Below are positions 40,933 through 49,593 of a DNA stretch of 64,000 nucleotides, one piece after another; position 1 is the stretch's first letter, and every line of letters begins with the position of its first letter. Both the position numbers and the translations under genes were made by a program. Under the pieces are notes generated by a model. That model was not told the origin of the DNA. It did no database searches and was given only the letters and a program-made list of their open reading frames with translations. Location of the stretch: positions 544,001 through 608,000 of the forward strand of contig CAVRAO010000002.1 in assembly GCA_963719035.1 (NCBI GenBank), written 5' to 3'. This DNA is from Methanobacteriota archaeon (GTDB lineage: Archaea; Halobacteriota; Bog-38; Methanoflorentales; Methanoflorentaceae).

Positions 40933-41553
40933 TTATGATTGGACGACCACGGTATGTGCGACACGATCTCCCAAACGTTGTTTATCCTCAGATGACCAGA
41001 TAAGAACCGCCGCTAGGAGATATGGAGCAATGAAAGGGATCAAATCGATGATGCGCAGTATCGTGCGTGTTGCCGCCTCTGCATAGGAGATTGATGAATG
41101 ATCTTCCTTTCTCACGACTTTGATCTTAACGACCATTTTGCCGACAGTCTGCCCGTTCCATCCTTCGAGCACCGTAAAATAGAGGAATGCGATAATAACG
41201 TCGATCAGCATTAGTAACCCAAAGAGCGGACTTATTGTCACTTGCGCAGTTGCCGCGTCAATAGTGATTGTTCCCGCACCGGTGAAGCCTAGTAACCAAA
41301 AAACAACACCGAGGATGATGACATCAACGAGTTGCGCGACAAAGCGGATCGTGACGCCTTGGTAAGGCAGTACAGTAACAAAAGCTGTGGGTGGTTCGAC
41401 TCGTAGTGAGGGATTGTACGTCGGAGGGCCTTGTGGCTGCTGCTCGATCGGCGACGTTTTGCGCTTCAATGCCTCGCCACAGGCCACGCAGTACTCAGCG
41501 CCAGGGGAGGCAAGAGTGCCGCACAGACCACATTTTTCTTCGTCCACATCCAC
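40933..41553 (-). CDS. Zinc-ribbon + RDD family membrane protein (copy 1)
   Basis: CxxCG...CxxCG; IRFVAQLVD, GQTVGK, QRLGDRVAHT; GTG start after GAGGTG. Confidence 0.88.
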   Translation of the reverse strand: MDVDEEKCGLCGTLASPGAEYCVACGEALKRKTSPIEQQPQGPPTYNPSLRVEPPTAFVTVLPYQGVTIRFVAQLVDVIILGVVFWLLGFTGAGTITIDAATAQVTISPLFGLLMLIDVIIAFLYFTVLEGWNGQTVGKMVVKIKVVRKEDHSSISYAEAATRTILRIIDLIPFIAPYLLAAVLIWSSEDKQRLGDRVAHTVVVQS

Positions 41554-41594
41554 GTTTTTCACCTCGTTTGCTCTTGCTAAGCGACAGGGCGAGC

Positions 41595-41620
41595 ATTCCT
41601 TTTAACCTTTTCTTATCATT
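41595..41620 (-). promoter_or_regulatory. BRE/TATA promoter shared by the RDD paralogues
   Basis: AAGAAAAGGTTAAAAGGAATG on the minus strand; near-identical copies at 42335-42360 and 43203-43228. Confidence 0.6.
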
Positions 41621-41683
41621 TATCCTAAAATTGTATTTGCACCGCGCGATCTGACGCGAAGCGAATTTAACGTGACTCAATTG

Positions 41684-41710
41684 AAAAAAAGAAGAGGGGC
41701 CTTAGCCCCT
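41684..41710 (-). terminator. Hairpin plus T-tract after RDD copy 2
   Basis: AGGGGC-TAAG-GCCCCT then CTTCTTTTTTT. Confidence 0.7.
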
Positions 41711-42299
41711 ATTGTGCTCGCACTACGATTGTGTGTGCAACGCGATCGCCGAGACGCTGTTTCTTGTCTGATGACCAGATCAGGATTGCCCCGATGAGGT
41801 ATATGAAGATCCCGTCGATGATACGAAGGATCGTCCTTACAGCAGCCGCCCCATAGTCGATGGGTGAGCCGTCCGCCTCTCTAACAACCCTGAGCTTGAC
41901 TACCATTTTGCCGACAGTCTGCCCACCGTGACCCTCGAGCAGGGTAAAGTAGAGGAAAACGATTACCAGCTCCAAAGCGAGGATCGCCCAGTAAGTCGAC
42001 GTAATCGTAGCTGTGTTAGTTACTTGATCGACAGTAATAGCTGATCCGCCAAAGAGAGCAAAGAGTATGCTGCCGATAATCCCCAAAATAATACCATCAA
42101 TGAGAATCGCTACAAAACGGATGCCGACGCCCTGATACTGCATTTCGGCGCCTTGCGCTGCATACGTTGGAGCGGGCTGCGTCATAGCTGAACCTTCAAC
42201 TGGTTGTGACGCGGCGGCTAGCGGTGCGCCACAGCTCTCGCAAAATTTGGCATCTGATACAGCGGGAGTGCCGCACTGTGCACATTTTTCTCCTTCCAC
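41709..42299 (-). CDS. Zinc-ribbon + RDD family membrane protein (copy 2)
   Basis: CAQCG...CESCG; IRFVAILID, GQTVGK, QRLGDRVAHT. Confidence 0.88.
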   Translation of the reverse strand: MEGEKCAQCGTPAVSDAKFCESCGAPLAAASQPVEGSAMTQPAPTYAAQGAEMQYQGVGIRFVAILIDGIILGIIGSILFALFGGSAITVDQVTNTATITSTYWAILALELVIVFLYFTLLEGHGGQTVGKMVVKLRVVREADGSPIDYGAAAVRTILRIIDGIFIYLIGAILIWSSDKKQRLGDRVAHTIVVRAQ

Positions 42300-42535
42300 G
42301 TTTTTCACCTCCTTTTTTTAAATAATAGGGCTAACATTCCTTTTTAACCTTTTTCTTTCAAACCAACGCCGCAGCGAATTTTGACTTTTTAACTCATCGG
42401 GACTACTGCGCTTGGTCGTTAAGAAGCGCCTGTCATGACCGTCTATACCTCCAACACCAAAATGGCTGTGAGAAGAAAGGCGTTATCCGCTCCTTCTTCA
42501 ACAAAATGTAAAATCAAGAGCTCAACGCTATCCGT

Positions 42536-42558
42536 AAAAAGGGAGGGGCTACACCCCT
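42536..42558 (-). terminator. Hairpin plus T-tract after RDD copy 3
   Basis: AGGGG-TGTAG-CCCCT then CCCTTTTT. Confidence 0.6.
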
Positions 42559-43164
42559 TTACGCTTTTACTACTACCGTATGCCCTACACGATCGCCTAA
42601 GCGCTGCTTTTCTTCTGAAGACCAGATCAGGATAGCACCGAGTAGGTAGGGGATAAAGTACGGAATCTCGTCGAGAAATCGGAGGATCGTCCGGACTGCA
42701 GCTTGCGAGTAATCAATTGGTGCCCCATCTGCTTCTCGCACAACTTTGATCTTCACTGCCATCTTCCCGACGGTCTGCCCGTAATGCCCTTCGAGCAAGG
42801 TAAAGTACAACATAAATACCGCGAGGGAAACGAGCCCGCCCAAAACACCGGCAAACGAAAAGGTGACCGTACCGGATGCACTGTTAGTTATGACGGCGAA
42901 CGCGTTGAAGGGAGCTGACAATATGCTCGCGATGATCGCTATGATAACGGTATCGATAAGTATCGCGACAAAGCGAATGGCGACCCCTTGGTAGGGTGTC
43001 TGGGTATATGGCACGTACACACGAGGTGCCTGATACCCGGGCGCGGGAGCGAATGCAGGGGCAGAATGAACTGGTTTGACGGTAAGAGCCGCGCCACAAC
43101 CCTCGCAATATTTGGCGCCGGGTGACGTCACAGTGCCACACTGTGCGCATTGATTCTCGTCCAC
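42559..43164 (-). CDS. Zinc-ribbon + RDD family membrane protein (copy 3)
   Basis: CAQCG...CEGCG; IRFVAILID, GQTVGK, QRLGDRVGHT. Confidence 0.88.
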   Translation of the reverse strand: MDENQCAQCGTVTSPGAKYCEGCGAALTVKPVHSAPAFAPAPGYQAPRVYVPYTQTPYQGVAIRFVAILIDTVIIAIIASILSAPFNAFAVITNSASGTVTFSFAGVLGGLVSLAVFMLYFTLLEGHYGQTVGKMAVKIKVVREADGAPIDYSQAAVRTILRFLDEIPYFIPYLLGAILIWSSEEKQRLGDRVGHTVVVKA

Positions 43165-43439
43165 GTTTTTTTCACTTCCTTTAACTAAATCATAGGGAAA
43201 ATATCCCTTTTTAATCTTTTCTTACCATTCAATTGTGTCTCTTTATGCGGTTTGCGATTACGACTGCATTTGTTCTTCGATCACTCTGATTGTGTTTCAG
43301 ACTGGAATGACACTAACATCGTCATTTCTCTGCCCAAAATTTAAAGACACGAGGGCCGTAGTTGTGTTAACAGAAAGGTTAGGACCCACATCTTACGAAA
43401 GTACCGGTGAGTTCGTGAACACGAGAGAGGCTCCACCAA

Positions 43440-44033
43440 TCACTTGCTCACCACTACGGTGTGTGCTGCGCGGTCGCCTAGGCGCTGCATCTTCTCTGAT
43501 GTCCAGATAAAGATCGCCCCAATAAGATAATCGAACAAGCCGTCAATAATTCGAAGGACGGTACGCACCGCTGCTTCGCTGTAGTCGATCGGCATCCCAT
43601 CTTCTTCTCGCACGACCTTGATATTGAGCGCCATCTTGCCAATCGTTTGTCCATAGCGTCCCTCAAGCAGCGTAAAGTAGAGGAACCAGATAGCAAGTCC
43701 TATTAGGGATGCCAGAGCAATGGACCCCCACGCAATGGTTGATACGTTTTCAGAGACCGCCGTGGCGGCTACTGCTGCTGCAAGGAATGGCAACGCCACG
43801 AGTCCTACAATGATGCCGATTATGAAGTAATCAATCAGTATTGCTACAAAACGAATGGAAACGCCTTGGTAGGGTGTAGGAGCGCCTGTGTAATATGTAG
43901 GCGCCTGGTAGGCTAGGGGACCTTGTGCTGGCGTTTGCACACCTTTCGGAGCGATCAGAGCCCCACAACTCTCGCAATACTTAGCGCCGGGTGACGTCGT
44001 AGTGCCGCATTGAACGCATCGATTTTCGTCCAC
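43440..44033 (-). CDS. Zinc-ribbon + RDD family membrane protein (copy 4)
   Basis: GTG after GAGGTG; CVQCG...CESCG; IRFVAILID, GQTIGK, QRLGDRAAHT. Confidence 0.88.
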   Translation of the reverse strand: MDENRCVQCGTTTSPGAKYCESCGALIAPKGVQTPAQGPLAYQAPTYYTGAPTPYQGVSIRFVAILIDYFIIGIIVGLVALPFLAAAVAATAVSENVSTIAWGSIALASLIGLAIWFLYFTLLEGRYGQTIGKMALNIKVVREEDGMPIDYSEAAVRTVLRIIDGLFDYLIGAIFIWTSEKMQRLGDRAAHTVVVSK

Positions 44034-44271
44034 GTGATTCACCTCTTTTGTTAAGACTATGCTTTTTACTATTTCAAGCCTTCTTTTCGCTTTAGGATCC
44101 GAAAAGTGCTTTAGCGCGCCCCTAAAGCCGTTGAGCGTCGAGTAACCCAGGGGGGCTTCTAGCACCCATCTCGAAGCTTGTGTTTTAGGACGTCAGCGAG
44201 GTTTCATTTTACACCCACATACATCCACGACCGAGAGTACAGCGACCGATCACAAAGAGCTTGACTTCATA

Positions 44272-44315
44272 AAAACTTGACCAAAACTTGACCAAAACTT
44301 GACCAAAACTTGACC
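44272..44315. repeat. Perfect tandem repeat (AAAACTTGACC) x4
   Basis: Four exact 11-bp units starting at 44272, 44283, 44294 and 44305. Confidence 0.95.
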
Positions 44316-44532
44316 AGGTTTGCAAGCAGGTAAGCAATCGTATTAGTCGTATTCAGAATATGCCAGAGATTATCGTTTCATTTTTGCCCTCAAAATTCGC
44401 GGAACGCTGGTTATATCCCAACGGGCCAATCTTTTGCGCTTAAACAAAAATGCGGCACTTTCATTCTCGGGCTAGTCCCGAGACCACTGCGTCTTGCAGC
44501 GCAACGCACCGCGTACGGAGGGGTCTGAAGAG

Positions 44533-44748
44533 TCAGCCGAATTTTGGAGTAAACCGTTTGCCGTTGTCACCAGGATACGGCTCGGTGTGGCGAAAGCGAT
44601 TTTCCCATATCTCCATAGGTATCGAAGGAAAAGCCTGACAGACGCGAGGGCTAATGTAGTTCTTGCAGCTCAGACATAGCGGGACTTTTTTTTGTTTCAC
44701 GCTCATCTCATACGGTATTAGAAAGAGTGTTCGTCTTGTCCCGGTCAC
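44533..44748 (-). CDS. Small Cys/His protein coupled to the nifH-like gene
   Basis: CLSCKNY..RVCQAFP.IP.EIW.N...HTEPYPGDNG.RF; its GTG overlaps the upstream TGA (alternative ATG 44706). Confidence 0.7.
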   Translation of the reverse strand: MTGTRRTLFLIPYEMSVKQKKVPLCLSCKNYISPRVCQAFPSIPMEIWENRFRHTEPYPGDNGKRFTPKFG

Positions 44749-45599
44749 ACGGCTTTGGTCTTTGGCACGTGCTTCCTATATAGCTCTTCGAGCTCAGGCA
44801 ACTCCTCCACAGGCGTTGGGATCACTTTCACATCGTTTTCCTGCACCTTTTGCGCGAGCTCTCGGAAAATCGCCGCCTCCTTTGACTGGGGAGCGTGTTC
44901 GACCACAGCTCGGCCTTCAAGTTCACACGCCTGAATGACCGAACTGCGCGGAACAAATTCCACGAATGCGCTGCCCAACCGCTGGGCAAACGCAGGAACC
45001 ACTGCCCGTTCCAAGGCGTCATCGCCGTTACTGTTACAGATAATACCTGACAACCCTGTGTCGCCGCGGCGCGCAAGGCGCTGCACCGCCCGCGCGATGT
45101 TGTTCGCCGCATAGATGCTCATAAAACCTCCGGAACAAACGAGGTAGATCTCGCTTGCAAATCCTTCACGGATGGGCATCGCAAACCCACCGCACACGAC
45201 GTCGCCGAGCACGTCGTAGATGGCCACATCAATTTTAAAGGTTTCAAACGCCTTGAGGTCTTTCAGAATCTGCAGCGCCGTGAGGACCCCGCGCCCTGCA
45301 CAGCCGATTCCTGGCTCCGGACCCCCCGCTTCAACGCAGTAAATGCCGCTTGGCGTCTTGAAGATAATGTCGTCGAGCGATATAGCGTGCGCGTCCTGCC
45401 CGTGACGGAGCTTGTCTCTGTAGATCTCCAGAACAGCGGGAATGAGGTGCCCGCCTGCGAGTATCCTCGTTGAGTCTCGCTTGGGGTCGCAGCCGACCTG
45501 CATGACATTGACCCCACACTCATTGAGGGCCGCTGAGATGTTCGAAGCGATAGTGCTCTTTCCGATTCCTCCCTTACCGTAGATTGCGATTTGTTTCAT
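44745..45599 (-). CDS. Nitrogenase iron protein-like (NifH/NflH) reductase
   Basis: YGKGGIGKST, GCDPK.DST, EAGGPEPGIGCAGRG (C100), DVLGDVVCGGF (C136); GAGGAG RBS. Confidence 0.95.
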   Translation of the reverse strand: MKQIAIYGKGGIGKSTIASNISAALNECGVNVMQVGCDPKRDSTRILAGGHLIPAVLEIYRDKLRHGQDAHAISLDDIIFKTPSGIYCVEAGGPEPGIGCAGRGVLTALQILKDLKAFETFKIDVAIYDVLGDVVCGGFAMPIREGFASEIYLVCSGGFMSIYAANNIARAVQRLARRGDTGLSGIICNSNGDDALERAVVPAFAQRLGSAFVEFVPRSSVIQACELEGRAVVEHAPQSKEAAIFRELAQKVQENDVKVIPTPVEELPELEELYRKHVPKTKAV

Positions 45600-45612
45600 T
45601 GTGATGTCTCCT

Positions 45613-46968
45613 CTACCAGCGTGCCGCGTACCGCCGTTGCGTTGACCGCCACCGGTCGCTCCACTCGTTCTGGATGCACTCGAGCAGATTGAGGATGCCG
45701 CGGTAGCCGAAATATTCCCGATTGAGCAAGCGGAACTGCCTGACAGGGCGCACGACCTCGAAGATGTACGGCACGTCCAGCCCCTCGCTCGCGTGCCGCT
45801 CGATCGTGCTTCCGAAAACGACCCGCGGCCGCACAGCCTCGAGGTTTCTCCTTGTCGCGTAGACGTCAGTCCCGCACGCGACGCGGGGCGTGAGGCCAAG
45901 GTCGCACAATTCGTGTTCGAGCAGGCCCACGGCGTTGGGGTGTGCGGAGCGAAGGGCAACGAGCGCTGGTGTCAGCTCCATCTCCTCGGTGGCAAAACGG
46001 ACTAACGGGATGCCGACCGTGGCGTCGGCCACGATGGCTGCGGGGGTCCGATAGAAAAAGCGCGCTATAGGCCATCGCCGGCGACACGTTTCCGTGACCA
46101 TTCGTTCGCCGTCCGCGATCAAGCCCTCTGCAGCAGACTCCGCGTTGAAACGCTCGCCAAGCGCGGTGAGCCAACGTCGCGTGTTGGTCATGCCGATGGG
46201 GAGGGGTAATTCTGAACAAAGCGGTTCGACCTCAAAGGTGTCGGCGAGATACGCGACGGCTCTGTAGCCAGCGTCGTGGCTCAACTGCAGCACACCCTCA
46301 GCGGCGGCGACGTTCGCCAAATCGCTGAGGGGGGTATCGTGGGTGAGTGTGGCCACCACCTGAATGCCCAATCGAGAAAGAACGTGTTTTACCCACTCAA
46401 GATCGGCCATCCACGTCGGATTCGCATTGGCGTGCGGTGCTACGAGGCACACTGAGTTTGGGATCGTTCGGCGCGTTTCGGCGAGCGTGCGGAGCATCGC
46501 GTCGAGAGCGAGGTCAATGCCGTCGTATTGCGATCCGCGAAACCCTGCGCACTCGATAGGAATAATCTTGAAGTCAACCTTGGGCTGCATATCCTGACAC
46601 ACCGCGACGATGTCGTCGCCCACGATTTCTGGTCCGCAAGCACTCAGCACAAAGAGCGCTGAGATGTCGAGCTCTTTCGCCTCAAGGATCGTGCGCGCGA
46701 GGAGCTCTTCGCCCCCGTGGACGATCTCATCCTCACACAACTTGGTGCACAGCGTCGTCGTCTGGGCGTAGTCGCAGTCCTGCCAGGAAAAAGCGCCGTC
46801 AACGAGGTAATTGCACCCCTGCGGGGCGTGCGCGAGAACGGCACTATCGCTAACCCCCAATGCCGTTTGGGCGGCGCCGCTGAGAGCGCACCGCACATAC
46901 GGGTCAAGGCATGCATCGGTGGGCGTCGTGCGTACCGCACACGCCTCGTCAGTTTGTTTCGTTGCCAT
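45613..46968 (-). CDS. Nitrogenase component 1 beta-like subunit (NifK/NflK-like)
   Basis: C27 (RCAL), C52 (HAPQGC), C111 (SACGPEIVGDD), IVHGGEE.L, YFGYRG. Confidence 0.9.
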   Translation of the reverse strand: MATKQTDEACAVRTTPTDACLDPYVRCALSGAAQTALGVSDSAVLAHAPQGCNYLVDGAFSWQDCDYAQTTTLCTKLCEDEIVHGGEELLARTILEAKELDISALFVLSACGPEIVGDDIVAVCQDMQPKVDFKIIPIECAGFRGSQYDGIDLALDAMLRTLAETRRTIPNSVCLVAPHANANPTWMADLEWVKHVLSRLGIQVVATLTHDTPLSDLANVAAAEGVLQLSHDAGYRAVAYLADTFEVEPLCSELPLPIGMTNTRRWLTALGERFNAESAAEGLIADGERMVTETCRRRWPIARFFYRTPAAIVADATVGIPLVRFATEEMELTPALVALRSAHPNAVGLLEHELCDLGLTPRVACGTDVYATRRNLEAVRPRVVFGSTIERHASEGLDVPYIFEVVRPVRQFRLLNREYFGYRGILNLLECIQNEWSDRWRSTQRRYAARW

Positions 46969-48379
46969 AGAGCATCCCTCGGAAGAGTGTTGAGCGTGGG
47001 AGACGTTGGTTCTCCATGGCTTGTCTGAGCAGCGCGGCGATGTTATGAATGCCCCGAAAGCCGTAGTGGGGCAGGTACGCAGGGTTGAGGAGCGTGAGAT
47101 TCACCACCGGACACCCTGGATAACGGGCAGCGTTACCGAAGAAGATCGGATCGTTAAAACCCCGTACGATTGCTTCGAGCTCGCGCTCCGTCTCGCGCGA
47201 CGAACGGAAGCTCCCCAAACGGAAGAGACCTTTGGTAAGGATTACTTCGGGATTGACGCCGGTCTCTAACAAGAACTTGATGCTCGGCATCCGCTCCTTG
47301 ATCGTGTACGGGTGCACGTTAACGACGACCGGGTGGGCGCCGCACTCTTCGGCCATCCGTGCGAGGGAGAGGGCTCGAATGGGGCCGGGAAACTCTGATA
47401 TCTCGATAATAGCAGTTTTGCCCTCGAGCGTGTGTTGCATGTAATCAAGGTCCGGGCGTATCCGTTCGGTCTCGTCCCGTATCACTCGCTCAGCCTCCTT
47501 CTCCAAACCGAGCGGCCGTGCGATGCCCATAAGCCATTCCTCCGTCGCTGCAAGCCCGTATGGCTGCCCAGTCCTGCTGTACGGGATGCCGAAGCGCGCT
47601 TCCATGGCGTCGCCGAGCTTTTGTCCCCAGTCATAGCACCACGAGGCATTGAGTTCGACCTCGCGTGCCCGACGGATCTCTTCGACCGTGCACCCGCCGG
47701 CGATAACTGCGTTGATCTTGACGCCAACCGCGTGCAGCAGCTTTGTGATCTCGTCGAGGTCGTCGCTAAACTCGGTCAAAGAGGGGCCCATTCGCGCGCC
47801 GATGAGGTTGATCGTTGCCTTCCGCGTTGCTCTCGGAGGCTCCATCAGATCCATGATAAGCTCAAATGCGTCCTCGTAGCCGCTGCGGAAGTCGCCACCA
47901 AACCCCTCGCTGCGAAGCGCGAGCACCCGAGCGTGTACTAGCTTTTCGGCCTCGCGCGCAACTCTCTCGACGTCGTCGCCAATAATCCCCGAACAGCAGC
48001 AGGAGAGGATGACGATAAGGTCCGGATGGTAGCGCTCGTCGGCCTCCTTTACCGCTTCGAGGAGCTTCCCTTCGCCGCCATAGATGATATTCGTTTCATC
48101 TAGAGAGGTGCAAGCGGTCGGCTCGAGGGGAACGCCGCGGAATTCGCAGCATTCCCGCGTCCTCACGATATCGGAGACCCACAAAGGGCATCCCGTCGGA
48201 CCGTGCACGAGGGGGACTACGTGACGAATGCCACTTATGACATAAAACGAGGTAAAGAACTTGCACATGGGTGCGTGCGAGGCCTGCAGTTTCGGAACCA
48301 TCTCACCCCGTTCGACCTTCTTAACGAGCTGCTGCAGGGTCCCGTGAAAAACGATGTCGTCGCTATCGTTGTTGTTCAT
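46949..48379 (-). CDS. Nitrogenase component 1 alpha-like subunit (NifD/NflD-like)
   Basis: C39, C64 (HGPTGC), C128 (SCCCSGIIGDD), IIYGGEGKL, C248 (ASWC), PHYGFRG. Confidence 0.9.
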   Translation of the reverse strand: MNNNDSDDIVFHGTLQQLVKKVERGEMVPKLQASHAPMCKFFTSFYVISGIRHVVPLVHGPTGCPLWVSDIVRTRECCEFRGVPLEPTACTSLDETNIIYGGEGKLLEAVKEADERYHPDLIVILSCCCSGIIGDDVERVAREAEKLVHARVLALRSEGFGGDFRSGYEDAFELIMDLMEPPRATRKATINLIGARMGPSLTEFSDDLDEITKLLHAVGVKINAVIAGGCTVEEIRRAREVELNASWCYDWGQKLGDAMEARFGIPYSRTGQPYGLAATEEWLMGIARPLGLEKEAERVIRDETERIRPDLDYMQHTLEGKTAIIEISEFPGPIRALSLARMAEECGAHPVVVNVHPYTIKERMPSIKFLLETGVNPEVILTKGLFRLGSFRSSRETERELEAIVRGFNDPIFFGNAARYPGCPVVNLTLLNPAYLPHYGFRGIHNIAALLRQAMENQRLPRSTLFRGMLYGNETN

Positions 48380-48990
48380 GTGTTTGATGCCATCTTTTAT
48401 GTGCTCGTGCGCGTGTTTAGCTGGCCAAACGCGTCAGGAATTAAAATCGTGAAGTACTAATAATAACCTGTGTTCAAAAGTGATAAAGGTTAGCCGATCC
48501 CGTCCTTCTGAGCTCGGTTTTCGCGCCCGCAGCAGAGGCATCTAATCTACTAAAGACTGCTCGTAGCGGCGCGTCGCTTCCAATCGCCTGAGCAAAGCTT
48601 TAGAGATTTTGCTTTTTTGCTATCTACTAGGAGACTGTCCGGGTATCCTCGTTCCTATCTGGAATCCCTGGAGTCTCTAAACATACTGCGCGTTAATCGT
48701 GGCATGATGGCATTTCGGACCAAGGTGCGCACGATAAAGCCTTTAAGCAAGAGATGTCACCCCCTCAGTTTTTTCACTTAGTTAAGCCAACCAAGGGGGT
48801 GGTAAACACCTTAAATCACGCTGCACTCGAGACAACGCTGTTTTTTATACGCGGTCTTTTCTTAGCTTTTGCTTAATCAATACTTTCGAGAGGCAAACAT
48901 AGCCTTCCACGAATAAAGACATGGGACCGTTGAGTCCGAGAACAGAGGGCATATGGTGCGGCTCCTCAATTCGTCGTTGCCTTGAACTCA

Positions 48991-49167
48991 TTATGCCTTC
49001 AGTTCGCTTAGCTGAGTTACATAGTCGCCTAGGTCTTCTGTCTGCTCAGTCCGAAGACCTATTACGGCGGTTTTGAGACTCTCCGCACACCTCTTGCAGT
49101 TCGGATCGTTCGCATTTAGACAGCCAATATGAAGCGCGTAGAAACATACATTGTTTTCTAAGTCCAT
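48991..49167 (-). CDS. Unannotated 58-aa 4-Cys microprotein
   Basis: MDLENNVCFYALHIGCLNANDPNCKRCAESLKTAV...; ACAGGA upstream; paralogue at 55753-55908. Confidence 0.65.
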   Translation of the reverse strand: MDLENNVCFYALHIGCLNANDPNCKRCAESLKTAVIGLRTEQTEDLGDYVTQLSELKA

Positions 49168-49181
49168 CGTCCTGTGATAGC

Positions 49182-49325
49182 TTAATTTCTGCTTCGTTGG
49201 GCACTGGCAGCTGCAGCATCCATGATCTCTGCTACTGTGAGTCTAGTCTCGATCATTTCGTTGAGTGTCTGTTCTACAATAGCGGCGACTTGGCGTTCAT
49301 GCTTCGTCAGTGTTCTTGTTGCCAT
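49182..49325 (-). CDS. 47-aa helical microprotein
   Basis: MATRTLTKHERQVAAIVEQTLNEMIE...; strong GGAGGTGA RBS. Confidence 0.6.
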   Translation of the reverse strand: MATRTLTKHERQVAAIVEQTLNEMIETRLTVAEIMDAAAASAQRSRN

Positions 49326-49399
49326 CACACTCACCTCCGATTTAATCCACTCAGGAAAGTTTCTTAACTCCGCGTGAAGCAGGCATTTTGTGTAAAAGC

Positions 49400-49420
49400 G
49401 TGACAAATCTTCTGTGTCAC
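49400..49420. promoter_or_regulatory. Palindromic operator-like site GTGACA-N9-TGTCAC (copy 1)
   Basis: gtgaca aatcttctg tgtcac; same arms and spacing at 55982-56002. Confidence 0.6.
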
Positions 49421-49593
49421 ACGAGGCGCGTGAAAAGATGCCAGCAACGAGGTGCTATAAGGGCGCCTTCGGCCTTTCTGACAGCGCATCGTACCCTAAT
49501 TCCAATCCTTTTTTTGGAATGGGTAGAGATCTGACCACAGAAATCGGTCGAATAGAAAACTTGATACGCGTAAGAACGTCATCTATCGACAGT

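Noticed and set aside
44272-44315. CRISPR array
   Set aside because: 11-bp head-to-tail units with no spacers and no cas genes.
45600-45959. 120-aa N-terminal extension of the NifH-like ORF in the track
   Set aside because: It overlaps the K-like gene in another frame; the real start is MKQIAIYGKGG at 45599 with an RBS.
44745-48379. Calling the cluster nifHDK (N2 fixation) or cfbCD
   Set aside because: His442/His195/Gln191 equivalents are missing and there is no nifBEN or nifI here; two distinct large subunits do not fit single-subunit CfbD.
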